Positions 1 to 7,831 of a stretch of 62,833 nt of DNA are shown here, piece by piece. Under the pieces are notes generated by a model, which ran no database searches, was not told the DNA's origin, and saw only the letters and a program-made list of their open reading frames with translations. The first letter of the stretch is position 1, and each line of letters starts with the position of its first letter. The DNA lies in the IMG/VR virus record IMGVR_UViG_3300010413_000029, positions 1 to 62,833 of that record. One strand, written 5' to 3'. A program made the translations under genes and the position numbers. Source of the stretch: a virus (taxonomy: Duplodnaviria > Caudoviricetes).

Positions 1-144
1 TTATGAATCACCCAACTCAGAAATAGCATAAGCGGCAAATAATCCAAGCGCCAAGTTTTCACAACATTCAATGTTCTGTTTTATTTTTACCCACTTTCCA
101 TTTTCATCCTTTTTATACACTTTTTCAACTGCATCCCAAGCACG
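1..144. repeat. Terminal direct repeat, identical to 62690-62833 (circular assembly overlap)
   Basis: TTATGAATCACCC...CATCCCAAGCACG occurs identically at both ends and falls inside coding sequence. Confidence 0.95.
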
Positions 145-870
145 TTGAGCAGCCTCAGCATCAGACATCTTCTTGTCCTTGTATTCCTGATACACAGCCT
201 CATAGATTTTCTTGCCTTCCGCAGGGAGAGAGCCAGTCACGTTCTGCCAAAGCTCACCATTGACAACAACAAACTCTTGACTTGGATCAAATTCTTGGGA
301 AACTTCACTATTATTTCGATTCAAGCCACAGCCATCTCTAACACTACAAGCTCCCACTTCATCAGGCAACAAGGCAATGTGGTCAGGGTGAATGTTCTGG
401 TCTACATACTGGTAATTCTTATCATTCCATTTTCCCTCTTGTGGAACCGTTTCAGACCAATAGCCCGTAGACACTTCAATAGGGCGTTGGTTCTCAATCA
501 TACTCAGCAAGGCTAAGCCTTCCTGCGTGTTGGCAATGACATCTTTATCGAGCCAAAACTCACCAACAAGCCTCTTGGAATCCTGTTCGATCTTGGCATT
601 GTAGAACCTGCCAACCACAGGGACATCCGAGGAGGGGACACGTGCACTCCCTCCATTCTGTTTCGGGTGACGCAAGACCACAGGCACATCATTCCAGTCC
701 GCAGGGCTAGAAGCAAACTGCTCGAACGGCATAAAACGCCCGTTGAGAATAGTCTCCTTCAAGGGGACACCATTGACAACCAGCCAAGTCTTGCCACCCC
801 GCTCAACCTCGCGGAATGTACTCAATAAGTTGTTTCTAGCAAAGGAAAGGGTGTCTGTATCTGATAACAT
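1..870 (-). CDS. DUF2213-like prohead maturation protein with C-terminal ChaB-like domain
   Basis: Motifs VPVVLRHP, EVSTGY, PDHIALLPDEVGACSVRDGCG; C-terminal LPAEGKKIYEAVY...AAQRAWDAVEKVYKKDENGKWVK; lies upstream of scaffold and capsid genes across the circular junction. Confidence 0.75.
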   Translation of the reverse strand: MLSDTDTLSFARNNLLSTFREVERGGKTWLVVNGVPLKETILNGRFMPFEQFASSPADWNDVPVVLRHPKQNGGSARVPSSDVPVVGRFYNAKIEQDSKRLVGEFWLDKDVIANTQEGLALLSMIENQRPIEVSTGYWSETVPQEGKWNDKNYQYVDQNIHPDHIALLPDEVGACSVRDGCGLNRNNSEVSQEFDPSQEFVVVNGELWQNVTGSLPAEGKKIYEAVYQEYKDKKMSDAEAAQRAWDAVEKVYKKDENGKWVKIKQNIECCENLALGLFAAYAISELGDS

Positions 871-916
871 AAAGCGTTGGCTCCGAGTTTACGAAGTCAA
901 CGCTTCTGATGCTTAT

Positions 917-945
917 ATATTACGGGAAAATTACCTATATGTCAA
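917..945 (-). promoter_or_regulatory. Sigma70-type promoter for the head maturation gene
   Basis: TTGACA-17bp-TAATAT on the minus strand. Confidence 0.7.
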
Positions 946-970
946 GGTAGTGCCAAGGTACTAATACGGA

Positions 971-1095
971 TACTAACGGTTTGCATTACCCGCAAAGGGC
1001 GGGACTAGACAATGACGATTGACGGGGAATGCTTGCATAAGATTATTCTTTTTCAACGGCGTGATTCCCTTTGTCGGGTGAATCTTTTGTTAGGC
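971..1095 (-). mobile_element. attC: Integron attC site (cassette B)
   Basis: R'' GCCTAAC, 5 bp, L'' ATTCACCC ... L' GGGTAAT, 7 bp, R' GTTAGTA; arms ATT(C)ACCCG(A)CAAAGGG and CCCTTTGCGGGTAAT pair with two extrahelical bases. Confidence 0.8.
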
Positions 1096-1231
1096 AGATT
1101 TTACGCATTGGAAGAAGTGCATTATATGGATTGTTCAATCTTCTTCTTGCACACCTGGAACATAGCGGTTTATATTTGTCTGTCCCCAAGACTTTTTGTT
1201 CCCATATAGGATTTTTGATATTTCCTTTCAA
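1043..1231 (-). CDS. Small CxxC hypothetical protein (cassette B ORF)
   Basis: Only sizeable minus-strand ORF between the two attC sites; TTG start uncertain; stop lies within the attC. Confidence 0.35.
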   Translation of the reverse strand: MKGNIKNPIWEQKVLGTDKYKPLCSRCARRRLNNPYNALLPMRKICLTKDSPDKGNHAVEKE

Positions 1232-1238
1232 GCACCAA

Positions 1239-1384
1239 ACCCAACGGACACAGCGTTACCGGAAGTCGGAGTGACGGGCTGTGTCGGCGGTTGACTTCTA
1301 ACCATTCTCGATCTCGGTCGATGACCCGACTTCTTGGGCTGGTTCTGTCCCGTCACCGACTTTCCGGTGCACGCATTGTTCGGC
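1239..1384 (-). mobile_element. attC: Integron attC site (cassette A)
   Basis: R'' GCCGAAC, 5 bp, L'' GTGCACCG ... L' CGGTAAC, 9 bp, R' GTTGGGT; long imperfect palindrome ACCGG(A)AAGTCGGTGACGGG / CCCGTCA(CT)CCGACTTCCGGT. Confidence 0.75.
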
Positions 1385-1573
1385 GTCCCGTATTGCCTGT
1401 CTCAACTTCTCGATGCGAGCATCAATAGCACGCCACCCCATAGATTCATCTGGCTTGAATTTGAGAACAAGCTCAACATGACCATTAGAGACTGCTTCTC
1501 CAGCAATGTTATTCCAGTCCTTTATGGCCTCTATCTTGTTATAGTAATTATTTATTCGGGCAAAGTTACGCAT
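1298..1573 (-). CDS. Hypothetical protein (cassette A ORF)
   Basis: ATG 1573 preceded by GAAAGGAAAAAGG; ORF runs into its attC. Confidence 0.6.
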   Translation of the reverse strand: MRNFARINNYYNKIEAIKDWNNIAGEAVSNGHVELVLKFKPDESMGWRAIDARIEKLRQAIRDAEQCVHRKVGDGTEPAQEVGSSTEIENG

Positions 1574-1674
1574 CCTTTTTCCTTTCAAAGTAAGCCGCAC
1601 AATGTGTGGGGTCGCTGTGTCCGTTCGGTGGCACAAGCGGGTGCGCTCTTTGCGTCCAGCGCAGGGACGCCGAA

Positions 1675-1935
1675 CTATGATTTAACCAATCCTGTATATA
1701 CAGGATGCAATAGTCCTTCCGTTAAATACATTCTTACAGCTCGGCGCACAAGTTCATTTACCGAGATAATGCCACCTGTGCTTTGGCTGATCGCCTGAAG
1801 CGCTGCCAAGTATTCCGGTGAAATGCGAAATAAACGACGAATATAGCCCTTTGACTTTGGGCCAGTGGAAACAAAATAATACCGTTTCTTACCAGTTATA
1901 GTTTGATAAACAACTTTCTTAGACATAACTATCAA
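1675..1935 (-). CDS. Ribbon-helix-helix-like DNA-binding protein
   Basis: FRISPEYLAALQAIS...SVNELVRRAVRMYL resembles the Arc/CopG pattern. Confidence 0.55.
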   Translation of the reverse strand: MIVMSKKVVYQTITGKKRYYFVSTGPKSKGYIRRLFRISPEYLAALQAISQSTGGIISVNELVRRAVRMYLTEGLLHPVYTGLVKS

Positions 1936-2162
1936 TCACCATCGTGGTTATGTGCTTGTTTTTTTGTAACGTATTTTATATTATGATAACCACTTTCATC
2001 AGGAGAGAATTCGCCACACCATTGGTTGGAACCAACTTCTGGCCATACTGTCTGAGTACCATTTATACCCACTTCATTACTATAACGAGGAGCATAACGC
2101 CTACATTCTCCCCATATATTAATTTCGTGGAAAAAAATGCAATTTTTACAATTTGTATCCAT
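1932..2162 (-). CDS. Small Cys-rich hypothetical protein
   Basis: CKNC...ECRRYAP...WCGEF; AGGAGA RBS upstream of ATG 2162. Confidence 0.65.
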   Translation of the reverse strand: MDTNCKNCIFFHEINIWGECRRYAPRYSNEVGINGTQTVWPEVGSNQWCGEFSPDESGYHNIKYVTKKQAHNHDGD

Positions 2163-2186
2163 TTGTTTATTTATTCTCCTAATCTC

Positions 2187-2250
2187 TGGATGAAACAATA
2201 GAATTCTAACCTATAATCCCCCATATGTCAAGGAATTTACAGGATGAAAA
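2187..2250 (-). promoter_or_regulatory. Conserved phage promoter module
   Basis: TTTTCATCC box, TTGACA(2231-2226)-17-TAGAAT, leader TCATCCA, AGGAGA. Confidence 0.8.
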
Positions 2251-3354
2251 TCAACCTATAAATCCTTGACGCAACCAAGCACGAACCCTATCTAAGAACG
2301 ATTTCGGCCAGGGATAATCCACCGGATAATGCTTGTACGTCCAACCAATGTTAGGAGCACCCGGGGGAAGTTTCCACGGAGCGATGTACACGCGCCGATC
2401 ATCCATATCACCATGCAGGGCAGGGGTATCATAGCTTCCACGAATGAGCATCTGGTCAAGCAAATACCACTTTCCATCAACAAGGCCATAGACATCACTA
2501 CCACTGAGCCATAGTTTTTCAATCGTGACTTCCACGCCTTCGTTGGCATCAGGGGTGCGCCAGGCATTATCAACTACCAGACTATCTCGATACAACTTGG
2601 CAACAAATGGAGGCCTCGGGAAAAAAGCAATCTTATATTGTTCTATGCCAACCAAAGGAACCTCCGTATACTCAGGCACTTTATTTTTGACCACTACAGG
2701 GAATTGAACACGACCATTTCCACCCACAGCGCCACGATCATTGAGGATGTTGTAATCACGACTGGCAGTCGATGATACCAACACCTGAGTATGGAACAAG
2801 TGCGGGTCTTTGGTGGGATTGAGACTTTGGTCAACAGGCTTGTCATAATCCTGAGCCTGCACCAATGAGAACCGCTGTCCACCAGATACAATCGTATCCA
2901 ATTCACGTACTACATCACAACCCAAGAAAAGACAATACAAACGCGTGTCACCATGATCCATAAAGCCATAGCCGTCTCGCTGGAAACGAGCAAAGACTGT
3001 ATCGCCCATCAACTCACGCATCTTGGTTTCCCACCCTGTCCCAAGCACCTCTACCACAGGCTTGCCCTTACAACGATAGGCTCCATCCTTGTAATAAAGC
3101 TCATTGCCAGGTTGAATCATATTGGTGAACTGAATCTGAATCTCTTCCAGTTTGGTGCGAGATTCCCCGTAGAGGTAAGCATCATCCCAAATACGACCAA
3201 AGCGACCCACAGTATCAGGGCCATACTCTGTGCCTTCTGGTAGGATGTCTATGGGGTCAGGTATTCCACCACTAGGAGGGGGTGTTGTCTCAGGGACTAA
3301 TGTGGCATCACTGCCATCATCAAAGTGAACAACAAATTCAGTTGTCTCAGCCAT
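2251..3354 (-). CDS. Hypothetical protein co-transcribed with the endolysin
   Basis: 367-aa ORF 2 bp after the endolysin stop; N-terminal FDDGS/TTPPP motifs shared with the endolysin C-terminus. Confidence 0.7.
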   Translation of the reverse strand: MAETTEFVVHFDDGSDATLVPETTPPPSGGIPDPIDILPEGTEYGPDTVGRFGRIWDDAYLYGESRTKLEEIQIQFTNMIQPGNELYYKDGAYRCKGKPVVEVLGTGWETKMRELMGDTVFARFQRDGYGFMDHGDTRLYCLFLGCDVVRELDTIVSGGQRFSLVQAQDYDKPVDQSLNPTKDPHLFHTQVLVSSTASRDYNILNDRGAVGGNGRVQFPVVVKNKVPEYTEVPLVGIEQYKIAFFPRPPFVAKLYRDSLVVDNAWRTPDANEGVEVTIEKLWLSGSDVYGLVDGKWYLLDQMLIRGSYDTPALHGDMDDRRVYIAPWKLPPGAPNIGWTYKHYPVDYPWPKSFLDRVRAWLRQGFIG

Positions 3355-3356
3355 TG

Positions 3357-4997
3357 TTATGCCTTTGGTACCATTTCCTGTGTGCTTCCATCATCAAATT
3401 TTATGGTAGCACCAATGACCTGCTTGCCAGTGGTGGGTGGGGGAGTTGTATCGACTACTTCAAGGAAACGCGATTCTATGGCATTCACAGGCTTTACAGC
3501 GCCAGGCAGAGCGTCCTCCGTGAGAGTATAGTTCTTGTTGTTCTGTGTGGTCGTGCCAGCGGGGGGATAGGTCAATTCATAGCCAGCAGGGAGCGTTCCA
3601 TCAGCCCCCTTGACTACACCATCCACCACACGATTGAACGGCACAGGCGCACCAACATCAAATCTTACTAGAAGCACAGTAGGCATATTATTCTCCTTTT
3701 TATTTTTCAACCCAATATGCTGGGGAACTTTTTCACTTGGGCCATACGGCCAATAGAGCATAACGCCATTCTCTTGGATCTGTGCAGAATGACCACTATC
3801 CATCAAATAGGCATACGTTATTCCCAAACCTTTGACATATTCAGCAGCCTCCATCTGAGTCATGCCTTCACCATCCTCCAATCCACGCGTGACAATCAGA
3901 TAGATAAATTCAGCATCAAAGCCAAGCACACACCAGGGAGCCACATACACAGTGTCCAGGTTGAGATTGATCATCCCATCCGCAAGCATCCTGCGAGCAT
4001 AGTAAGCAGGATTGCCAGCATCATCCAGGATGGACTGGAATCCAGTGGTCTTCGGGATAGCATGGGTGGCATCCGTGTACTCAAAGCCAGCACCCCCATT
4101 CATGGCAGTCTCCCAATCATTCTGGTCAGAAGCCTCAACAGCATCCAAGAGAGGCATTTCACCACTGCCAGGGGTGATGTAAAAGCCATACTCAGAGCGA
4201 GGATGTTTGACGATATAGGCATCAGGCTCAGATGGTATCGAGCCTCCACCAATCCACGAAGTCAAGGCATTGACATCCCCATTGAACACATTCTGGTCAC
4301 ACCATCCACCTGTGCCATGCAAGTCAGGATCACCCGCCTCACTATACTGCCACAGCACCCAATCCCCCCGATTCTTGGGCATGGATGGATTCTTATCCGG
4401 ACTTGGAGAGTAGTAATACTGGGCAATCCACAATCCATCCCAAGGATACTTTGTGAAGATGTCCTCCCCAAACATCCTGATCGAGCCAGGATAGACCACA
4501 TTATCATAGGTCGAGGGGTTGGTATAGAACAGCAACTTGCAATTGGGCTTCCACAAATTGACAAAGCTCCCAAATTCCTGAGCAACAGCCACAAAGGCAT
4601 CATCCATCTGGTTATTGGTAGACTCAAAGTCACACACCAAAATGTCGATCTTCTTTGCACCAACCACATTGGTGAAATGGTCAGCCTGCGTTCTGGCGCT
4701 CATGCCACTACGTAGATAGTGATACGCGCCAATGATGGGAACTTTCCCAACAGAAGCCTGGTAGAAACTCGCAAACCTATCATCAATCCAGGTCGTGCCT
4801 TCCGTAGCCTTGAAGATAGCAAAGTCAACCAAATTGGGAGCAGCCTGGTTAGGATTGAACGTGTCTTCCCATGAAGATATATCAATCCCATAGGCCCTTC
4901 CAAGTCCGCCAATTACACTAGGTTTTGGCTCTGGTAAAACAAAACCAGTTTGAACAAGAAAGCGATTTATAAAAAATTTTCGATAGTTTCTTTTCAT
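3357..4997 (-). CDS. Endolysin: GH25 muramidase + phosphodiester glycosidase (NAGPA-like) domain + C-terminal domain
   Basis: GIDISSWE, FAIFKATEG, GAYHY, CDFE, LWIAQY, LWQYS, DQNVFNG (GH25); GMTQMEAAEYVKGLG..AYLMDSGHS resembles the NAGPA LDGGGS region; TGATAGAAT 6 nt before ATG suggests a leaderless start. Confidence 0.85.
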   Translation of the reverse strand: MKRNYRKFFINRFLVQTGFVLPEPKPSVIGGLGRAYGIDISSWEDTFNPNQAAPNLVDFAIFKATEGTTWIDDRFASFYQASVGKVPIIGAYHYLRSGMSARTQADHFTNVVGAKKIDILVCDFESTNNQMDDAFVAVAQEFGSFVNLWKPNCKLLFYTNPSTYDNVVYPGSIRMFGEDIFTKYPWDGLWIAQYYYSPSPDKNPSMPKNRGDWVLWQYSEAGDPDLHGTGGWCDQNVFNGDVNALTSWIGGGSIPSEPDAYIVKHPRSEYGFYITPGSGEMPLLDAVEASDQNDWETAMNGGAGFEYTDATHAIPKTTGFQSILDDAGNPAYYARRMLADGMINLNLDTVYVAPWCVLGFDAEFIYLIVTRGLEDGEGMTQMEAAEYVKGLGITYAYLMDSGHSAQIQENGVMLYWPYGPSEKVPQHIGLKNKKENNMPTVLLVRFDVGAPVPFNRVVDGVVKGADGTLPAGYELTYPPAGTTTQNNKNYTLTEDALPGAVKPVNAIESRFLEVVDTTPPPTTGKQVIGATIKFDDGSTQEMVPKA

Positions 4998-4999
4998 GG

Positions 5000-5108
5000 T
5001 ATAATTCTATCATTGTTTGGGACTGGCAAACAACAATGTTATAATGATTTAGCCTTTTTCTTTGTGCCAGTCCCACAAAGAGAAGGGCTATTTTGTTTGG
5101 AGAACATC
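5000..5108 (+). ncRNA. Structured leader RNA with complementary loops and terminator-like hairpin
   Basis: TGGGACTGGCA (5018-5028) is complementary to TGCCAGTCCCA (5065-5075) at the apex of hairpin 5050-5090, followed by a U-tract and GGAG; extended -10 boxes at 5000 and 5040. Confidence 0.55.
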
Positions 5109-5594
5109 ATGAAGAAAATTCCATTGACGCAAGGACAATTTGCACTGGTTGATGATGAAGATTATGAGTGGTTGATTGCTTGGAAGTGGTCAGCAAATAA
5201 AGTAAATAAAACCTTTTATGCATTCAGAAAAGAATGGAATCACGGCAATCAAAAAACAATTTATATGCATAGATTAATTATGAACGCTCCAGAAAACAAA
5301 TTAGTAGACCATAACGACATGAATGGCTTGAACAACCAAAGACACAATCTAAGGCTTGGAAATAAATCAAAAAACGGTGCTAATAGGGGAATAGATAAAG
5401 ATAATACAACAGGCTACAAAGGTGTTACTATTTGTACATCAAGTAAACGAAGAAAGAAATATATTGCGCAAATAGGGTATAAAGGAGAGCATATTCAATT
5501 AGGTTATTTTCTCACTGCCGAGGATGCTGCAAGAGCTTATGACAAAAAAGCTAAAGAGCTATTTGACGAATTCGCTTACACAAATTTCAAATAA
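5109..5594 (+). CDS. HNH endonuclease with AP2 DNA-binding domain
   Basis: IPLTQGQFALVDDEDY, MHRLIM, VDHNDMNGLNNQRHNLR, GYKGV, LGYF..AEDAARAYD. Confidence 0.9.
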   Translation: MKKIPLTQGQFALVDDEDYEWLIAWKWSANKVNKTFYAFRKEWNHGNQKTIYMHRLIMNAPENKLVDHNDMNGLNNQRHNLRLGNKSKNGANRGIDKDNTTGYKGVTICTSSKRRKKYIAQIGYKGEHIQLGYFLTAEDAARAYDKKAKELFDEFAYTNFK

Positions 5595-5606
5595 AGGGAA
5601 TTAAAA

Positions 5607-6220
5607 ATGAACAAAAAAGGTGGTTTTTCACATGATCCGCATTATGAAGGCAAATCAAATGATTGGATAACACCTAAATATATTATTGATGCTTTCGATG
5701 AATATGCCTAGAATATGCCTATCAAAGATGGAATTATGGTTGCATGTTTGATCTTGACCCATGTGCATCTATGAGTCAACCATGGCCTTGTGCACGAAAG
5801 GCATACACAAAAGAGCAAGACGGTTTACTTCATTCTTGGTTTGGTAATGTCTGGTTAAATCCCGAATATGGCCCACATACTTCAAAATGGATTCGTAGAT
5901 TAGTAGAACACGGGAAAGGGATTGCTCTTATTTTTGCTCGCACAGATACAAAATTGTGGCAAGATGAAATATTTCCAACTGCTGATGGTTTTCTATGGAT
6001 TGCTGGACGTATAAAATTTTATCTTCCGGATGGAACATTACATAAAGGTGGAAACGCTGGTGCACCTTCTTGTCTAATTGCTTGGGGTAATAAAAATCGA
6101 GATGCACTTATTCAAATTTGTGATGATGGATCAATTCGAGGAGCTTTTACTGACCGTGCATTTTACACAGACTCATATGCCATTAATCCAAAACAAGACA
6201 GATTATTTACAATAGACTAA
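5607..6220 (+). pseudogene. Phage DNA N6-adenine methyltransferase disrupted by an 11-bp tandem duplication
   Basis: DWITP then FDLDPCA, DGL..SW, WLNPEY, ARTDT; GAATATGCCTA x2 at 5700-5721 creates TAG and a frameshift; removing one copy restores a 200-aa ORF. Confidence 0.85.
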
Positions 6221-6324
6221 TGTCTATCCCATACGCACGTGGGCTTCCAGAGATGACTCGCGCAACTAAGGCAGGGTCAATATCCAGAAAGCTTCTAAGT
6301 CTATGATACATATAGGTGAGGGGA

Positions 6325-6648
6325 CTATGCTTTTTCAACACTATCTCCATTATCATCCACCTCAATAGTGTTGATCGAAGTCAAATCCTTGAGCAACTTA
6401 TCAATAGCAGTTTCAGGGATTTTCTTCAAGGGCTTGTTTCTATACCAGTGTTCAAAGTTATTCCAGATATTCTCAAACACAGGGATAGAAGCAGAGTAAT
6501 GACCCTCAGGGCAATCCACAGTCTTATACTTGGAAACAAACAACTGCTTTCTACACAATGGACAATGGCCTTGATAGCCACTATCATCATGGGTGCTTTC
6601 CATGACTTTCTCAATGCCTTCTACGATTTTCTGGACATCATCAGACAT
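6325..6648 (-). CDS. Hypothetical protein (Zn-ribbon-like)
   Basis: CPLC...CPEGH; coupled to the upstream ORF. Confidence 0.6.
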   Translation of the reverse strand: MSDDVQKIVEGIEKVMESTHDDSGYQGHCPLCRKQLFVSKYKTVDCPEGHYSASIPVFENIWNNFEHWYRNKPLKKIPETAIDKLLKDLTSINTIEVDDNGDSVEKA

Positions 6649-6979
6649 CTCTCACCTCAGCAACAAACTCATGCACAGGGGAATCAGAGATCACATTACG
6701 ACTCCCAATCGAGCGCAGTTTATCCGTTGATACAATGCAAAGTACCTTGCGTCTACCATCATTCCTGCGTCCACGCACAGGGATGTACTCAATACAACGA
6801 GTGGCAGGGCTATAAATAAAAAGTAAATGCCCCTCATCATCAACAACTCGAATATCGTCAATACTAAGGTCTTTGACTTCTTGAAATTGTCCACAATTGA
6901 CACATGCACCTTTCTTAGACTTAGACTCTACAAAGACCTCACCACAAAACAAGCAAAGTTTTTCATCAGATAATTGCAT
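6641..6979 (-). CDS. Hypothetical protein (N-terminal Zn ribbon)
   Basis: CLFC...CVNC; follows the MuF-like gene. Confidence 0.6.
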   Translation of the reverse strand: MQLSDEKLCLFCGEVFVESKSKKGACVNCGQFQEVKDLSIDDIRVVDDEGHLLFIYSPATRCIEYIPVRGRRNDGRRKVLCIVSTDKLRSIGSRNVISDSPVHEFVAEVRDV

Positions 6980-6982
6980 AAT

Positions 6983-7831
6983 CTATTTCCTGAATTTGAA
7001 AGCACACAAACAAAATGAAAAACAGGAAGCATCCCCGATTTCCACAGCATTATCAATTGAAACCCAACCCTGCGCAGCCAATTCAATGCAACCAGGGCGA
7101 TTGTGACTATCATGACAATGATTCTCAGTGGGACCTAACATCCTCTTGGCTTCATTCATGCCATTCTCTTGGGCAACCCGAAGCAACTGGTTCTGGTAGA
7201 TGACATTGCCAGCCCTGCCATACATGCCAGCCCGGATGACAGCACGCCCATTCAATGGTTGTTTGCCAGAATAAATCTCATCCAAGAAGTTGTTCAGCCA
7301 ACGATAGTGAGGACGCATCCTCCAGCCAAACTTGGCAATCTCACTTTGGGTATAGTTGGCCTTGCCACCAATCGAAGCGAGATAGGCAGCACGATACTCA
7401 TTCTTCATCATGGTGCGCATGGTGTCATACCACTGTTGCCGACCGATCTCCCCATTGACAAGCCTGACAGTCAACTCACGCATCTGTTGTTCGGAATACT
7501 TGGAGAGCCGCAAGACTCCCAATCTCACGCGCGAGGCAGGCACACGATAGTTGGAACCCACATACCGCCATACCCCATTGACTGTATCAAAGTAGGTCTC
7601 CACAGGCTTATAGGCCTGCTGCTGTACTTCTGTCCGTAGCTTAGCATCCAGAATCCCAGGCACACCACTGACCAGATTCCATAGGTCAATCGAAGCCTGT
7701 AGGTCACTGGTATCTTCCAAGTAGGCCTGTATCTCATCTTCAGTGAGAGGGCGCACAAAGTCAGTGCTATCTCGATATGGTCTAGCAGGCAGCAACTTGG
7801 GGAGAGGGGGAACAGGATAGGGCAGGGTCAA
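6983..7831 (-). CDS. Head morphogenesis / minor capsid protein (MuF-like)
   Basis: Directly after the portal; C-terminal HC...GC.ELAAQGW..I...IG...C...CLC. Confidence 0.65.
   Translation of the reverse strand: MTLPYPVPPLPKLLPARPYRDSTDFVRPLTEDEIQAYLEDTSDLQASIDLWNLVSGVPGILDAKLRTEVQQQAYKPVETYFDTVNGVWRYVGSNYRVPASRVRLGVLRLSKYSEQQMRELTVRLVNGEIGRQQWYDTMRTMMKNEYRAAYLASIGGKANYTQSEIAKFGWRMRPHYRWLNNFLDEIYSGKQPLNGRAVIRAGMYGRAGNVIYQNQLLRVAQENGMNEAKRMLGPTENHCHDSHNRPGCIELAAQGWVSIDNAVEIGDASCFSFCLCAFKFRK

Noticed and set aside
3717-4715. Long plus-strand ORFs (also 56777-57739, 59715-60581) and minus-strand 61825-62760
   Set aside because: They are antisense shadows of well-supported genes and lack recognisable motifs.
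5709-5711. TAG stop-codon reassignment
   Set aside because: Reading through the TAG does not restore the frame. The 11-bp duplication explains it, and many other genes end normally at TAG.
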